64,000 bases of DNA from Octopus vulgaris (lineage: Eukaryota), in assembly GCA_951406725.2 (NCBI GenBank), contig OX597816.1, positions 101,742,001-101,806,000 on the forward strand. Reading direction: 5' to 3'. Under the pieces are notes generated by a model. It made no database searches. It was given only the letters and a program-made list of their open reading frames with translations, and was not told where the DNA came from. The number at the start of each line of letters is the position of its first letter. Positions within the stretch are counted from its first letter, which is position 1. Made by a program: the position numbers and the translations under genes. Below are positions 1 to 12,300 of this stretch, piece after piece.

Positions 1-224
1 AGATGAGTGACAATGTGACAGCTTCATCAGAGCCTTACAAGTTCACAACAGCTTAGAAATACCATGCATTATATGCATGTTGAGTTCTAGCAAACGGCTA
101 TTCATCCTGATTTGGTTAAGCACAAGAATATATAAAAAATATACACACATATTGTGTGTATGAGAGACAGAGAGAGAGTGGCTGTGCATGTGTGTGTGTG
201 CACAAAGAAGCTAGAGAAACTCAC

Positions 225-331
225 TTGTATATTGGTATATCTGGTTCACCACCATCTAGTTCTCGTAATGTCAAACAACATTGCTGAAGCTGTGATTTCG
301 GATCATTCCAATCCTGATTCAAGATGAAGTC
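225..331 (-). CDS. DROSHA: Drosha exon, start of dsRBD ([35 protein letters not shown])
   Basis: cag acceptor, gtgagt donor, 107 bp. Confidence 0.96.
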
Positions 332-3300
332 CTGTTGTAAACACCAAACAAACAAAAGATCAGTTAACAAAAGATCAAAGGTTTAGAGTCTCAATAGGTT
401 ATTACTACATGATCAGTCATCATCACTGACATCACTGGTCTTCACATTACTTCCTCCTTTTTTTTTTGTTTACATAATCACTTCCATTATCACTAATTTC
501 ACTACTGTTATCATCATCATCATCAGCAGCAGCAGCAGCATCAACTCCATTACCCTTTGTTATCACCTTCCTCACTCCCATTATCATCACTATCACTATC
601 ACTATCATCACGAGCCTCCGTCTTACTTCCCCTTCCTTCTCAACATTATTATTGTTATCATCACTATCACTACTAACAACATTATCAGTGGGCTGCACAT
701 TTCTTCTTTTAATCATCATCACTGCTGATGGTTAAAACATCATAATCATCATCAGTAGTTCAGGTTGTTAATTAAAACCATCTCTGCCACTCTTGTATTA
801 TCATCACCATCAGCCTTAATATAATACTAACTTCCAAAAGCATTCACATATTAAATAAACAAATATCCAATTTCTACACAATCTCACTCCACACTAACTT
901 GTACAACCTGCTACACAAAGACAATGTCTTCAGTGGTGACTCCTATGATCCAGTAAGTTTTGGGGTTCACCACAATTATTTCTAAGATGTTTCATTTCAT
1001 TATTATCCATCATTTTATATCTAAACAACCTCACTAAATTTTGAGCTTTACCAAGATGGTTTGCCTGAATTAGATTTTTAAGACAGTAGCATTATATCTG
1101 AGAAAGGTTAGGCTCAAATCTTGTAGGTCATGCAATTCCATCAGACACTCAAAAAGCAATAGCGAAATCTAAAAATTTAACATAACCAGACAAAATTCAA
1201 AATATACACCTGAAATACTGAGGGAATCACTGCATTTACTAATATTGGCTTTAAATTTTGGCACAAGGCCAGCAATTTGGGAGGAGGGGCTAAGCTGATT
1301 ACATTGACCCTAGTGCTCAACTGGTACTTGTTTTATCAAACCTGAAGGGACAAAAGGTAAAATTCAAAATGTAAAGACAGACAAAATACTAAGCATTTTA
1401 CCCAGTGCAGTAATGATTCTGCCAGCTAACTGCCTTGCTGCATTTACTAATATTTATAACTATTTGCATCAACACTGGGAGTGTAAGAATCTAAAAGCTG
1501 GACAAAATTATAATGATTCTAACAAAAATCCAAGTGAAGTAACACTTCACTTTATGATGCAACAGTGATGTTGCAGTGTTCTAGGGCTTTGTATATGTGT
1601 CTGGTTGTTTTGTTTCTTGAGTAGTCACCAAGAGTGTAAGGGTTGAAGCTAGCTGCTATAAGAAACTGTACCTATTGCCTGTCCATGTGGACTTTTATTT
1701 TTAATATTTTAATTTTTTTTATGTAGGTGTAGCTTAATAATGACAAAGTTATTTTACTCAAGTTTTCTTTATTTTCAAAATAAATTGAAACAAAGGCAAT
1801 GCAATTCAGTACAAATATGGTATCAAAATGGTTAAGGTGGTGTTGAATATTTTTTAATGTAAATTGATAGAAATGAATAGAATTGAAAGCTTTGTTGTTG
1901 ATGATGATTAGAATGGTATGTATACTCTTTTACTCTTTTACTTGTTTCAGTCATTTTGACTGCGGCCATGCTGGAGCACCGCCTTTTAGTCGAGCAACTC
2001 GACCCCGGGACTCATTCTTTTTGTAAGCCCAGTACTTACTCTATCGGTCTCTTTTTGCCGAACCGCTAAGTGACGGGGACGTAAACACACCAGCATCGGT
2101 TGTCAAGCAATGCTAGGGGAACAAACACAGACACACAAACACACACACATACATATATATATATACATATATAGGACAGGCTTCTTTCAGTTTCCGTCTA
2201 CCAAATCCACTCACAAGGCATTGGTCGGCCCGGGGCTATAGCAGAAGACACTTGCCCAAGATGCCACGCAGTGGGACTGAACCCGGAACCATGTGGTGGG
2301 TTAGCAAGCTACTTACCACACAGCCACCCCTGCGCCTATATGTATGAGGAATTATTTTTTTTATTGTTGTAGTTATCAGGTATTTCTGTGTTAGGTTTGG
2401 TGATTGAGTCTGTGTTGTAATTTGGAGAAGAGGATGTGTGAGTGATGATGTTGAGGACTCAGTCTATCTAGAATTTCCAAAGTTGTACATATAAGAATGA
2501 TGATTCTTATATGTACAACTTTGAAAATAGTTGCAATATAGGTGCAGGCATGTCTGTGAGATAAGAAGTTTACTTCCCAACTACATGGTTCCAGGTTCAG
2601 TATGGGCATATAGAAATAGACAGAAGCATAGAAAGAATGCAATATATCCAGACTCTTTCACCACAAGCCACACACTAACTGAGACACAGTATAACTAGGA
2701 AGATTGATCTATAAGAGTAATGCTTTGTTTGGTCAACTATTCACATAACATAGGGCTTCTTTACCAGAGCTGACCTGGGCCCTCAAATTAACCTTAGATA
2801 ACTTACAGACAAGGCCTTCAGCGGCACCCTTAAAACCCAGTGGGCATACCATCAATTCATCTAACTATGGAAGAAACAGATAGCTAAGTAATACATTATA
2901 TCCAGAAGATTTGGTAATGGAAATTTTCACTTACTCTGAGTCTTGGGAAAAAACAGACATTGCAGAAGACACGGCAATAATCAAGAGCTTTGTCCACGTA
3001 GAGAGCCCCAATGAATGCTGTGAATGAAGGAAAATAGTATCAGGAAGAGTTCTCACACGTATTAGAGGAAGATGTCTTTAAAATCACAACAACAGATACA
3101 TCTGACCACAAACTCACATCTTTCACACAATATGTAATTTATATTGAAATCTCACACACACACACAGACACATAGAATTAATTAAATCTCCTCTCATGCT
3201 CATACATTTATCCTACACATACACACAACACACTTACTTACAGATATGGACATACACACAAACATATATATACATATCCACACAATCACTCAAATACATA

Positions 3301-6300
3301 CACAAATTTGAACACATTGACTAACCTTCTAGTAAATCAGCTTTCTCCTTTGGTTTCATTTCCAGATGGTCACCTCGGGTGTCAGCATAAATAACATAGT
3401 TAGACATACCCAGGTCATCACACACAATGGCCTGGGTTCTGTTGTTTACCAGAGAACTTCGTAATAACTAAACACACCAAAAGATCACAAGTTAGATTAA
3501 TATATATATACATACAAGGTATAAATGCAGCTTATATAAAGGATAACAACTTGATCAACAGAGTTAGTAGGTTATGTAGGGTCAGTGGTGGAGTGGATCT
3601 AAAAATATTGGTTGTCAGGAGACTAAGGGGACCCACCCGAAACTACAAGGGGACCCACCCGAAACTACAAGGGGACCCACCCGAAACTACAAGGGGGCTC
3701 ACCCACAACTACAAGGGGATCCACCTGCAACTACAAGGGGACCCACCCACAACTACAATGCTATCGTTTAATTTTCTTTTTTTTTTTTGGTTAAAAGTAT
3801 TCTTTTCAACTGTCTACAAACACAGCCAGGCTGAAATAATTAATGCATTCTTCCAGAAGTGAATAAAATATTATAAAACTTGAGGGAATGGGTCCCTTAG
3901 ATACTAACATGGGCCCCTATACATGGATTCTAATGGCACAGGGGCCCACTTGCCATTGGGCAAGCTGGCAACCTGGCCAGTCTGCCACTGTGTAGGGTAT
4001 ATATACATAGCACAGTCTGGTACAGTTGCTAGTAGAGTACAAATAGCAAGTGTGGTATATAGGTTAGTAGTGTGTATATAACAATATGGTGTGTTGACTA
4101 AAAAGATGCACATAGCAAGAGTATGATTTATTTGTCAGTATATATGATGTATTGGTTAGTGAAATGTATGTAATAGAGTATAGTGTTGTATAAGTGAAGA
4201 GGATATATCAAACATTGTACGTAACATACTGGTCATTGCAATAGGTGTATAATAGAAAATTATATGTAATGGTAATAAGTTGCAACAGAATGGCAAGAGA
4301 CTTAAATATAAGCATTTCAAAACTCTACTCCAACCATACCAAAATTTAAAACAAAAGAAAATGATTTTTTTGACATTGGCAAAGAAATTTTGTAGCTGGG
4401 ATTATCACAATAAGTATTAGTATTTAATAGATACTTAAACCTAGAAGGGTGAAAGGGAAAACTGACCTGAAGATTTGAATTCAGGATGTAAAGGGACATA
4501 ACTAAATATTCCAAGACAATTAATCAAGCATTTTACCAATTCTGCCACCAACAAACAAAAATTAATATAAATTATTAAAATAAATATAACTTCTTTTTCC
4601 ATCTACTACCTCTCAACACCACTAACTCAAGTGACAGAAAAATGATAGGATGTACAATCTTATGGAAGTAGGACAGCTATATGGACAAGGAACTGAAATA
4701 CCAACTTACAAACCTTCACATTAAATCCTGATAGCAATTTCTTCCGCATGTGGGTAGTACACTTAATTCTTCAATACCTTGGATCTTTTAATTGTTAGAA
4801 ATACATGCCAGGTTTTCAGAAATATTTCTCTCTCTCTCCTTAACATTAAAGGTATTTACATAACACTGATAATTGAGCAGTCCACCTCCACTTAGCAACA
4901 GAATTGATTATCCAATTAGAAAAGCAATAACTCCAACCAAACCCACCCCCATCTAACCTAGACCCACAAAATAAATACAAGAACAATAAAATGAAATAAT
5001 TCATTCTTTACTAAGATAAATAGAACCAAACAGTAACCTGCTTCCAAAACCAGTGACATTTTGAACAGTGCAGGAATCACTTATGGAATCACCATTATAC
5101 TGTACCATTCTTTCCAACATCCAGTTTGGGAACAGATATTAGACTAGCACCATTATAGGATCTGTCATATACCACTACATACTACTAGTGAATCAATGAA
5201 GGAACATCTATGCAGCCACATAGCCTGCTAGATATAACAGCCAAAATCCTTCAAATCACAAACTACTCAAAATAAAAATGCTTGGGAAAATGTAGTCCGA
5301 GGTATATTTCTTAAAAGAGAGAATAACTGGAATAATTGTTCTCTCTCAGCTGCACACATGTGCATACACATGCTTGGCAACCAGCACACAAATGAAAATA
5401 ATGTAGTAGTTTATAATTATACTTATTGTATATTTAACATCCCAGCTCTTTATACTCTGAGTTCAAATCCCACTGATGAAACTCTGCCTTCATCCTTCCA
5501 GGATCAATAAAATATATAGCCAATTAACTAGCAGAGTCAATCTAATTGATGAACCCCTCACCCAACTATCCGGTCTTGTACCTAATTTAGAAACAATTAT
5601 ACACTTGGTGTGCATGTGCTTTTACTGCAAGAAAAAAAATTCTATACAACAGATTTATGAACACACTATCTACTACAGATCAGATTGGTTGGAATATTTT
5701 TGATTGCATAATTTTCCAATTCTCCTCATAATTCATCCTTTTTATCATTCAGTCTAGAGACTTTGTCTCTCTCGTATGTCTCATTTTCTCTTACTTGAGC
5801 TCATCTTTTAATCTTGGGCAATATATATAGCCAGAAGGGAAGCTAGGAGACAGGTTTATCTAGCCAGAGGGGAAGCGGATAAGAAAAAATTTGCCATGTT
5901 CTGCCGTGAGGATGAAAGAATCGTGATGCAAGGTAGAGAGAGAATCGTGTGTTAGGAGAGAAGTGTGTTCGCATGGATGATGGTTCACTTGCGCTAAATG
6001 AGGATGCAAAGAGAGAGGTTTGGAGATGCCACTATGAAAGGTTGCTGAATAAAGAAAATGAATGGGATAAAGAGAGTCTGCCGAATGTTGACCCAACAGA
6101 GGGACCAGCTATCCGAGTTGATAGTTCCGTGGTAGCTAAGGCAATTAGAAGCATGAAGACAGGGAAAGCCCCAGGCCCATCAGGAATTACTGCAGAGATG
6201 CTCAAAATATCTGGCAGTGTCGGCTATAGCCTGGTCACCCGTATAGTCAACCAGGTGATACACGAAGGAGTCATACCCAATGACTGGTGTAGCAGCACAC

Positions 6301-9300
6301 TAGTCAACTGCTACAAAGGTAAAGGTGATGCCCTAGATACAAATAATTACAGAGGTATCAAGCTGTTGGATCAAGTAATGAAGGTTACGGAGAGGGTCAT
6401 AGCCCAACTAATTAGAGAGAGAGTTAGTTTAGATGAGATGCAGTTTGGGTTTGTGCCAGGGAAAAGTACCACTGATGCTATATTCCTGGTAAGGCAGCTG
6501 CAGGAGAAATACCTAGCCAAAGATAAGCCCCTGTACCTGGCTTTTGTTGACATGGAGAAAGCTTTTGATAAGGTCCCCCGATCCCTTATCTGGTGGTCAA
6601 TGAGGAAACTGGGGATAGATGAATGGCTGGTGAGGACTGTGCAAGCCATGTACAGAGATGCCGTAAGTAAGGTTAGGGTTGGCAACATGTACACAGAAGA
6701 ATTCAAAGTAGAGGTTGGGGTCCACCAGGGTTCAGTACTCAGCCCCCTCCTATTTATCATAGTCCTCCAGGCAATTACGGAGGAATTCAAGACAGGTTGT
6801 CCCTGGGAGCTCCTCTACGCTGACGACCTTGCTCTTATTGCTGAGTCACTATCAGAGCTGGAGGAGAAGTTCCAGGTGTGGAAGGAGGGTTTAGAATCGA
6901 GGGGCCTTAGAGTCAACCTAGCTAAAACCAAAGTACTAATAAGTAGGAAGGTAGACAATCCACAAATGTCTTCAGGAAGATGGCCCTGCTCGATCTGTAG
7001 AAAAGGTGTAGGTAGAAACTCTATAAGATGTACCCAGTGTAAGCTATGGACACATAAGAGGTGCAGCAATGTCAAAGGTAGGCTAACTGGGAAGATAGTT
7101 TTTGTATGTGGCAGATGCTCTGGAGCATTAACCTCCGAAAATCTGCAGAAAATAACTTCCGTCACTTTCCAGGGGGAAAAACTAGAAGTAGTTGATAGCT
7201 TCCGTTATCTAGGTGACCAAGTCAGTAGTGGGGGTGGGTGCGCTGAAAGTGTAACTGCTAGAATAAGAATAGCCTGGGCAAAGTTTAGGGAGCTCTAACC
7301 TCTGCTGGTGACTAAAGGCCTCTCGCTCAAAGTAAAAGGCAGACTGTATGATGCGTGTGTACGAACAGCCATGCTACATGGCAGTGAAACATGGGCCGTG
7401 ACTGCCGAGGACATGCGTAAGCTCGTGAGGAATGAAGCCAGTATGCTCCGATGGATGTGTAATGTCAGTGTACATACTCGACAGAGCGTTAGCACCTTGA
7501 GAGAAATGTTGTACATAAGAGGCATCAGTTGTGGTGTGCAAGAGAGACGATTGCGCTGGTATGGTCATGTGGCGAGAATGGATGAAGATAGGTGTGTGAG
7601 AAAGTGCCAATCCTTAGCAGTTGAGGGAACCCGTGGAAGAGGTAGACCCAGGAAAACCTGGGACGAGGTGGTGAAGCACGACCTTCGAACTTTAGGCCTC
7701 ACTGAGGAAATGACCAGCGACCGAGACCTTTGGAAATATTCTGTACGTGAGAAGACCAGGCAGGACAAGTGAGCCCAGCCCACTTATGAATGCCTTTCCT
7801 CCCTTGGACACAAAGACCTGTTGAGGCAAGCGAAGTCGATATAGAACCTCATCCGACGACAGGCACCCATGCCAACCCCCTTTGCTTGCGAAGACATGTT
7901 GGGGCAAGCAAAATCGAAATCGAATTGAACCAGCCAGGATCCCTGGTCTGGTGGTACGTAAAAGCACTATCCGACTCGTGGCCGATGCCAGCGCCGCCTC
8001 CACTGGCTTCTGTGCCGGTGGCACGTAAAATACACCAATCTGACCGTACGACAGGCACCCATGCCAACCCCCTTGCTTGCGAAGACATGTTGGGGCAAGC
8101 GAAATCAAATTGAACCAGCCAGGATCCCTGGTCCGGTGGTACGTAAAAAGCACTATCCGACTCGTGGCCGATGCCTCCACTGGCTTCCGTGCCGGTGGCA
8201 CGTAAAATACACCAATCTGACCGTACGACAGGCACCCATGCCAACCCCCTTGCTTGCGAAGACATGTTGGGGCAAGCAAAAACGAAATCGAAATCGAATT
8301 GAACCAGCCAGGATCCCTGGTCTGGTGGTACGTAAAAAGCACTATCCGACTCGTGGCCGATGCCAGCGCCGCCTCCACTGGCTTCCGTGCCGGTGGCACG
8401 TAAAATACACCAATCTGACCGTACGACAGGCACCCATGCCAACCCCATTGCTTGCGAAGACATGTTGGGGCAAGCGAAATCGAAATCGAATTGACCCAGC
8501 CAGGATCCCTGGTCTGGTGGTACGTAAAAAGCACTATCCGACTTGTGGCCGATGCCAGCACCCCCTCGATTGGCTTCCGTGCAGGTGGCACATAAAATAC
8601 ACCAATCCGACCGTGGCCGTTGCCAGCCTCGCCTGGCACCTGTGCAGGTGGCACGTGAAAAGCACCCACTACACTCACGGAGTGGTTGGCGTTAGGAAGG
8701 GCATCCAGCTGTAGAAACACTGCCAGATAAGACTGGAGCCTGGTGCAGCCTTCTGGCTTTCCAGATCCCCGGTCGAACCGTCCAACCCATGCTAGCATGG
8801 AGAACGGACGTTAAACGATGATGATGATGATGATGATGATATATGTGTGTGTGTGCGTGTTTGTGTGTCTGTGTTTGTCCCCCTAGCATTGCTTGACAAC
8901 CGATGCTGGTGTGTTTACGTCCACGTAACTTGGCGGTTCGGCAAAAGAGACCGATAGAATAAGTACTGATCTTACAAAGAATAAGTCCTGAGGTCGATTT
9001 GCTCGACTAAAGGCGGTGCTCCAGCATGGCCACAGTCAAATGACTGAAACAAGTAAAAGAGTAAAAGAGTAAAAGAGAGAGAGTATACCCCAGCAGCTTT
9101 TGCTGTTGACACCACCAAACTGAACAAATTTATCGATAAAGCACCAAAATTGCGATGGTGTTTCATTAATAACTGATGTGGGATTAAGCATATCCATGTC
9201 CAATGGGTGTTTTACCGGTGTTTCATATGTTTCTTTGTTGTCCTTCTGTACCATATTTTATTATTTTCATTATAAAAGTCTACTCAGTAAGGGCTTACTG

Positions 9301-12300
9301 GAGCAAAACAACAGCCAAAACATCACTTCAACAATATTCTCTTTAATGTTTTACTGAGGGTATGCACAGACATTTACTGTGTCCAAATTTTGTCTTTCTT
9401 TGCAGAGTATGAACATATCCATGTCAGTAACCATCATAAATTAAAAAGCAAGAGCAACTCCTTCTTAAAAGCTACTAGACATGAATGATGGTGGTGTATA
9501 TATGAGATAGTGGATTGCAATGCTCCATTTAAGTCTATGTTTATGCACAACTTAGAGGGATCATCGCACACAACACCACCACATTATAGCACTGCAAGAA
9601 ACAAGGGACCAACTACATGAACTATTGATGTGCCTGAAAATCACCATCAAATCCCTCCCCCACCATCTTCAAAAAGAATACATTGGGTAATGTTGTCTTA
9701 CTGTATGGTCACACAAAATACTTCTGCTCAATCCAAGTTGATCTTGAGCTAAGCAACAGCAACAACATCAATAGTAATCACTGCAAATTATACCCAACAA
9801 AATAAAACTACAGTCAAATACTCACAGACAAGTGACCTTCATGATGGTCTGGAAAATGACGGAATAGATATTCAGAGGCAACCAGTTGTAGGACAGTGTC
9901 ACCAAGAAACTCAAGTCGTTGATTGTGACCTCTGGTAAGTAAATAAAAGAGAAAAATGTTAGTTACTTACAAAGAGAAATAAGATGTGATATTTATTTCT
10001 CTCATTGAGAAATTAGCAATGTGACTGACCAAAACATCTGATTTCAATTACACACACACATACACACACATGCAATCTGGTATTGTACCTACAATTATGA
10101 ATGTATGAATACAGTCATGTAGTTATGTGTATACATATTTATTCATATATATGATATATATTGTCTGAGGATTCCCATACTGAGATGTGACAACTTGACC
10201 AACTCATGCTAGCATGGAGAATGGTTATAAAATGATGATGATGATGATACTGTGTGTGTGTGCATGCATGTGTATGTGTGTATGTTCTAAAAATTATCTT
10301 TCATCTGTTTTTCCATGTTGACATGGGTTAGAATTCTCTCATAGAGTCTTGGCATTTCTTTGTTGTTCTTCACCACCTGGTACACAACACAACAAAAATC
10401 CCTACCACCACCAACCATTGTTATTGTGTATACCATAAACCAAGCATGGGCAGCCTTTTTCAAGAAGTGGGTTGCATGAGACACGTTTCATCATCAGGTG
10501 GCCACACTAGTCAAAAAAATCAAGGTATTTTTTCGTCAGGTGTGCCATTCAGGAATTTCTGCAAGCCACAGTTTGCTCATGACTAACATAAATTAAAATT
10601 CATGCATTTAAAAGATGGAAAGTAATGGGAGTAGTGGAGTGCAGAAGTTTTAGGAAAGACTTACAGAGTCAAGTTGTTGTATCCCACATTGCGGAGAGTG
10701 AAAGCTCTAGCCAGGAGTCTGATATGGCAGAAGGTGATACCTGTGTCATCTTCAAATCTCACCAATTTCTGGAATTACATTTTTATACATTTTATTTTGT
10801 GTTAAAGAAAATATACATTTTATTTTGTGTTAAATAAATACACACAAATATATGCACAAATACACAAACATATATACAAACACACAAATAAACACACACA
10901 CACACACACACAAACACATACTGTCGTTCATTTCTCACCACGAGGCTATCTTCTATTCACATCCGTGGTCATCTTGCATTGAACAAACAAAGATAGCATA
11001 GAATAGTGAGGTCTCTTTAAGCTTGCTGAGGGTAATACAACCTGTCTTGGGAGGATGCTACAATAAAATGCATCTAATACATACTGTGAAGTGATTGAGA
11101 TAAAGAAGTGCATCCAGCCATAGAAAACATACCATTAGTGGAATGCCCTTTCTAATGCCAAACACTCCAAGAGTGTAGTGGGTGCTTTTACATGCCACTG
11201 GCACGAGGGCCAGTCAGGCAGTACTGGCAACGGACACACTCAAATGGTGTTTATTACGTGCCACCTGCACATGAGCCAGTCCAGCAGCACTGGCAATGAC
11301 TTCGATCAAATGTTTTTTCACGTGCCAGTAAGGCAACACTGGTAACGATCACGCTCAAATGGTGCTTTTTACGTGCCACCAGTACGGAAGCCAGTTAGCT
11401 GCTCTGGCAACGATCACACTCGGATGGTGCTCTTAGCACTCCACTAGCACGGATGCCAGTCATCGAATTTGATTTCGATTTCACTTGCCTCAACAGGTCT
11501 TCGCAAGCAGAGTTTAATGTCTAATGAAGGAAAGGTATGCATATGTGGGCTGGTTACACCCCTGGCATAGGCCTGTATTTGGAATTAGGTACCACATTCT
11601 CTGTTTTTTGTCTTTGTAGCAGGACACTGCTTCTGGTGCATGTCTGTGTATGTTTGTGTTTGCTTGTATGCATATATATGTATGTGCATGTATAGTATAT
11701 AAGTACCTGAAGTGCTGGTGATGATTCTACCCAGTGACGGTCTCCTTCTGGTTCATCCTCCTGTAATGGGTGGAGAGGAAGTTGTTTCCAAGTACGTACC
11801 AGGTCTGTATCATCAAATAACGTCTTGGCAAAGATCTTGTCTACCAAATCAACACCTCCATCAAGAAACAAAGCACCTGGATAAAATAACAACATAAACG
11901 ACATGAACAACAACCCAATAATCCAATCCAATAGTCAACAAAGTAGCAACACACCTCAAAAGATAATTTATGAATAAATCATCAATAAAGCATTAAGGAG
12001 GAAAATGTTGAAAAATTTCTGAGCAGTAGTTGTAGATGGCCAGAAGATGTCCCCTGCAGCATGTTCCCCACATCTCTCCTCACACTTTATGAAGCTTTCC
12101 AAATGTGAGAACTTGAAGAAATTGTCTTTACAAATATTACTTTTCTTTTATTCTTTTACTTATTTCAGTCATTTGATTGTGGCCATGCTGCAACACTGCC
12201 TTTAGTCAAACAAATCAACCCCAGGACTTGTTCTTTGTAAGCCTAGTACTTATTCTATCTGTCCCTTTTGCCAAACTGCTAATTTACAGAGATGTAAACA

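Larger units (their letters stand above)
5829..8840 (+). mobile_element. 5'-truncated RTE-clade LINE, antisense in a Drosha intron
   Basis: RT motifs ([37 protein letters not shown]), RTE-type C-terminus ([22 protein letters not shown]), long 3'UTR and (GAT)n tail. Confidence 0.95.

Noticed and set aside
447-722. 91-aa ORF and similar ones at 19432-19719, 32561-32791 and 43876-44291
   Set aside because: Translations of (CAT)n, (CAC)n and (TA)n microsatellites
2230-2336. tRNA gene (also at 23833 and 42850)
   Set aside because: A and B boxes are present but continue into SINE bodies; no complete cloverleaf
3627-3758. CRISPR-like array
   Set aside because: Contiguous units with no unique spacers, eukaryotic context, no cas genes
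7692-8798. 368-aa minus-strand ORF and overlapping 204-aa and 217-aa ORFs
   Set aside because: By-products of the GC-rich tandem repeat in the RTE 3'UTR; repeated peptide with no recognisable domain
9036-9254. 72-aa ORF as a nested gene
   Set aside because: No recognisable motif or splice support, and it ends in a SINE tail
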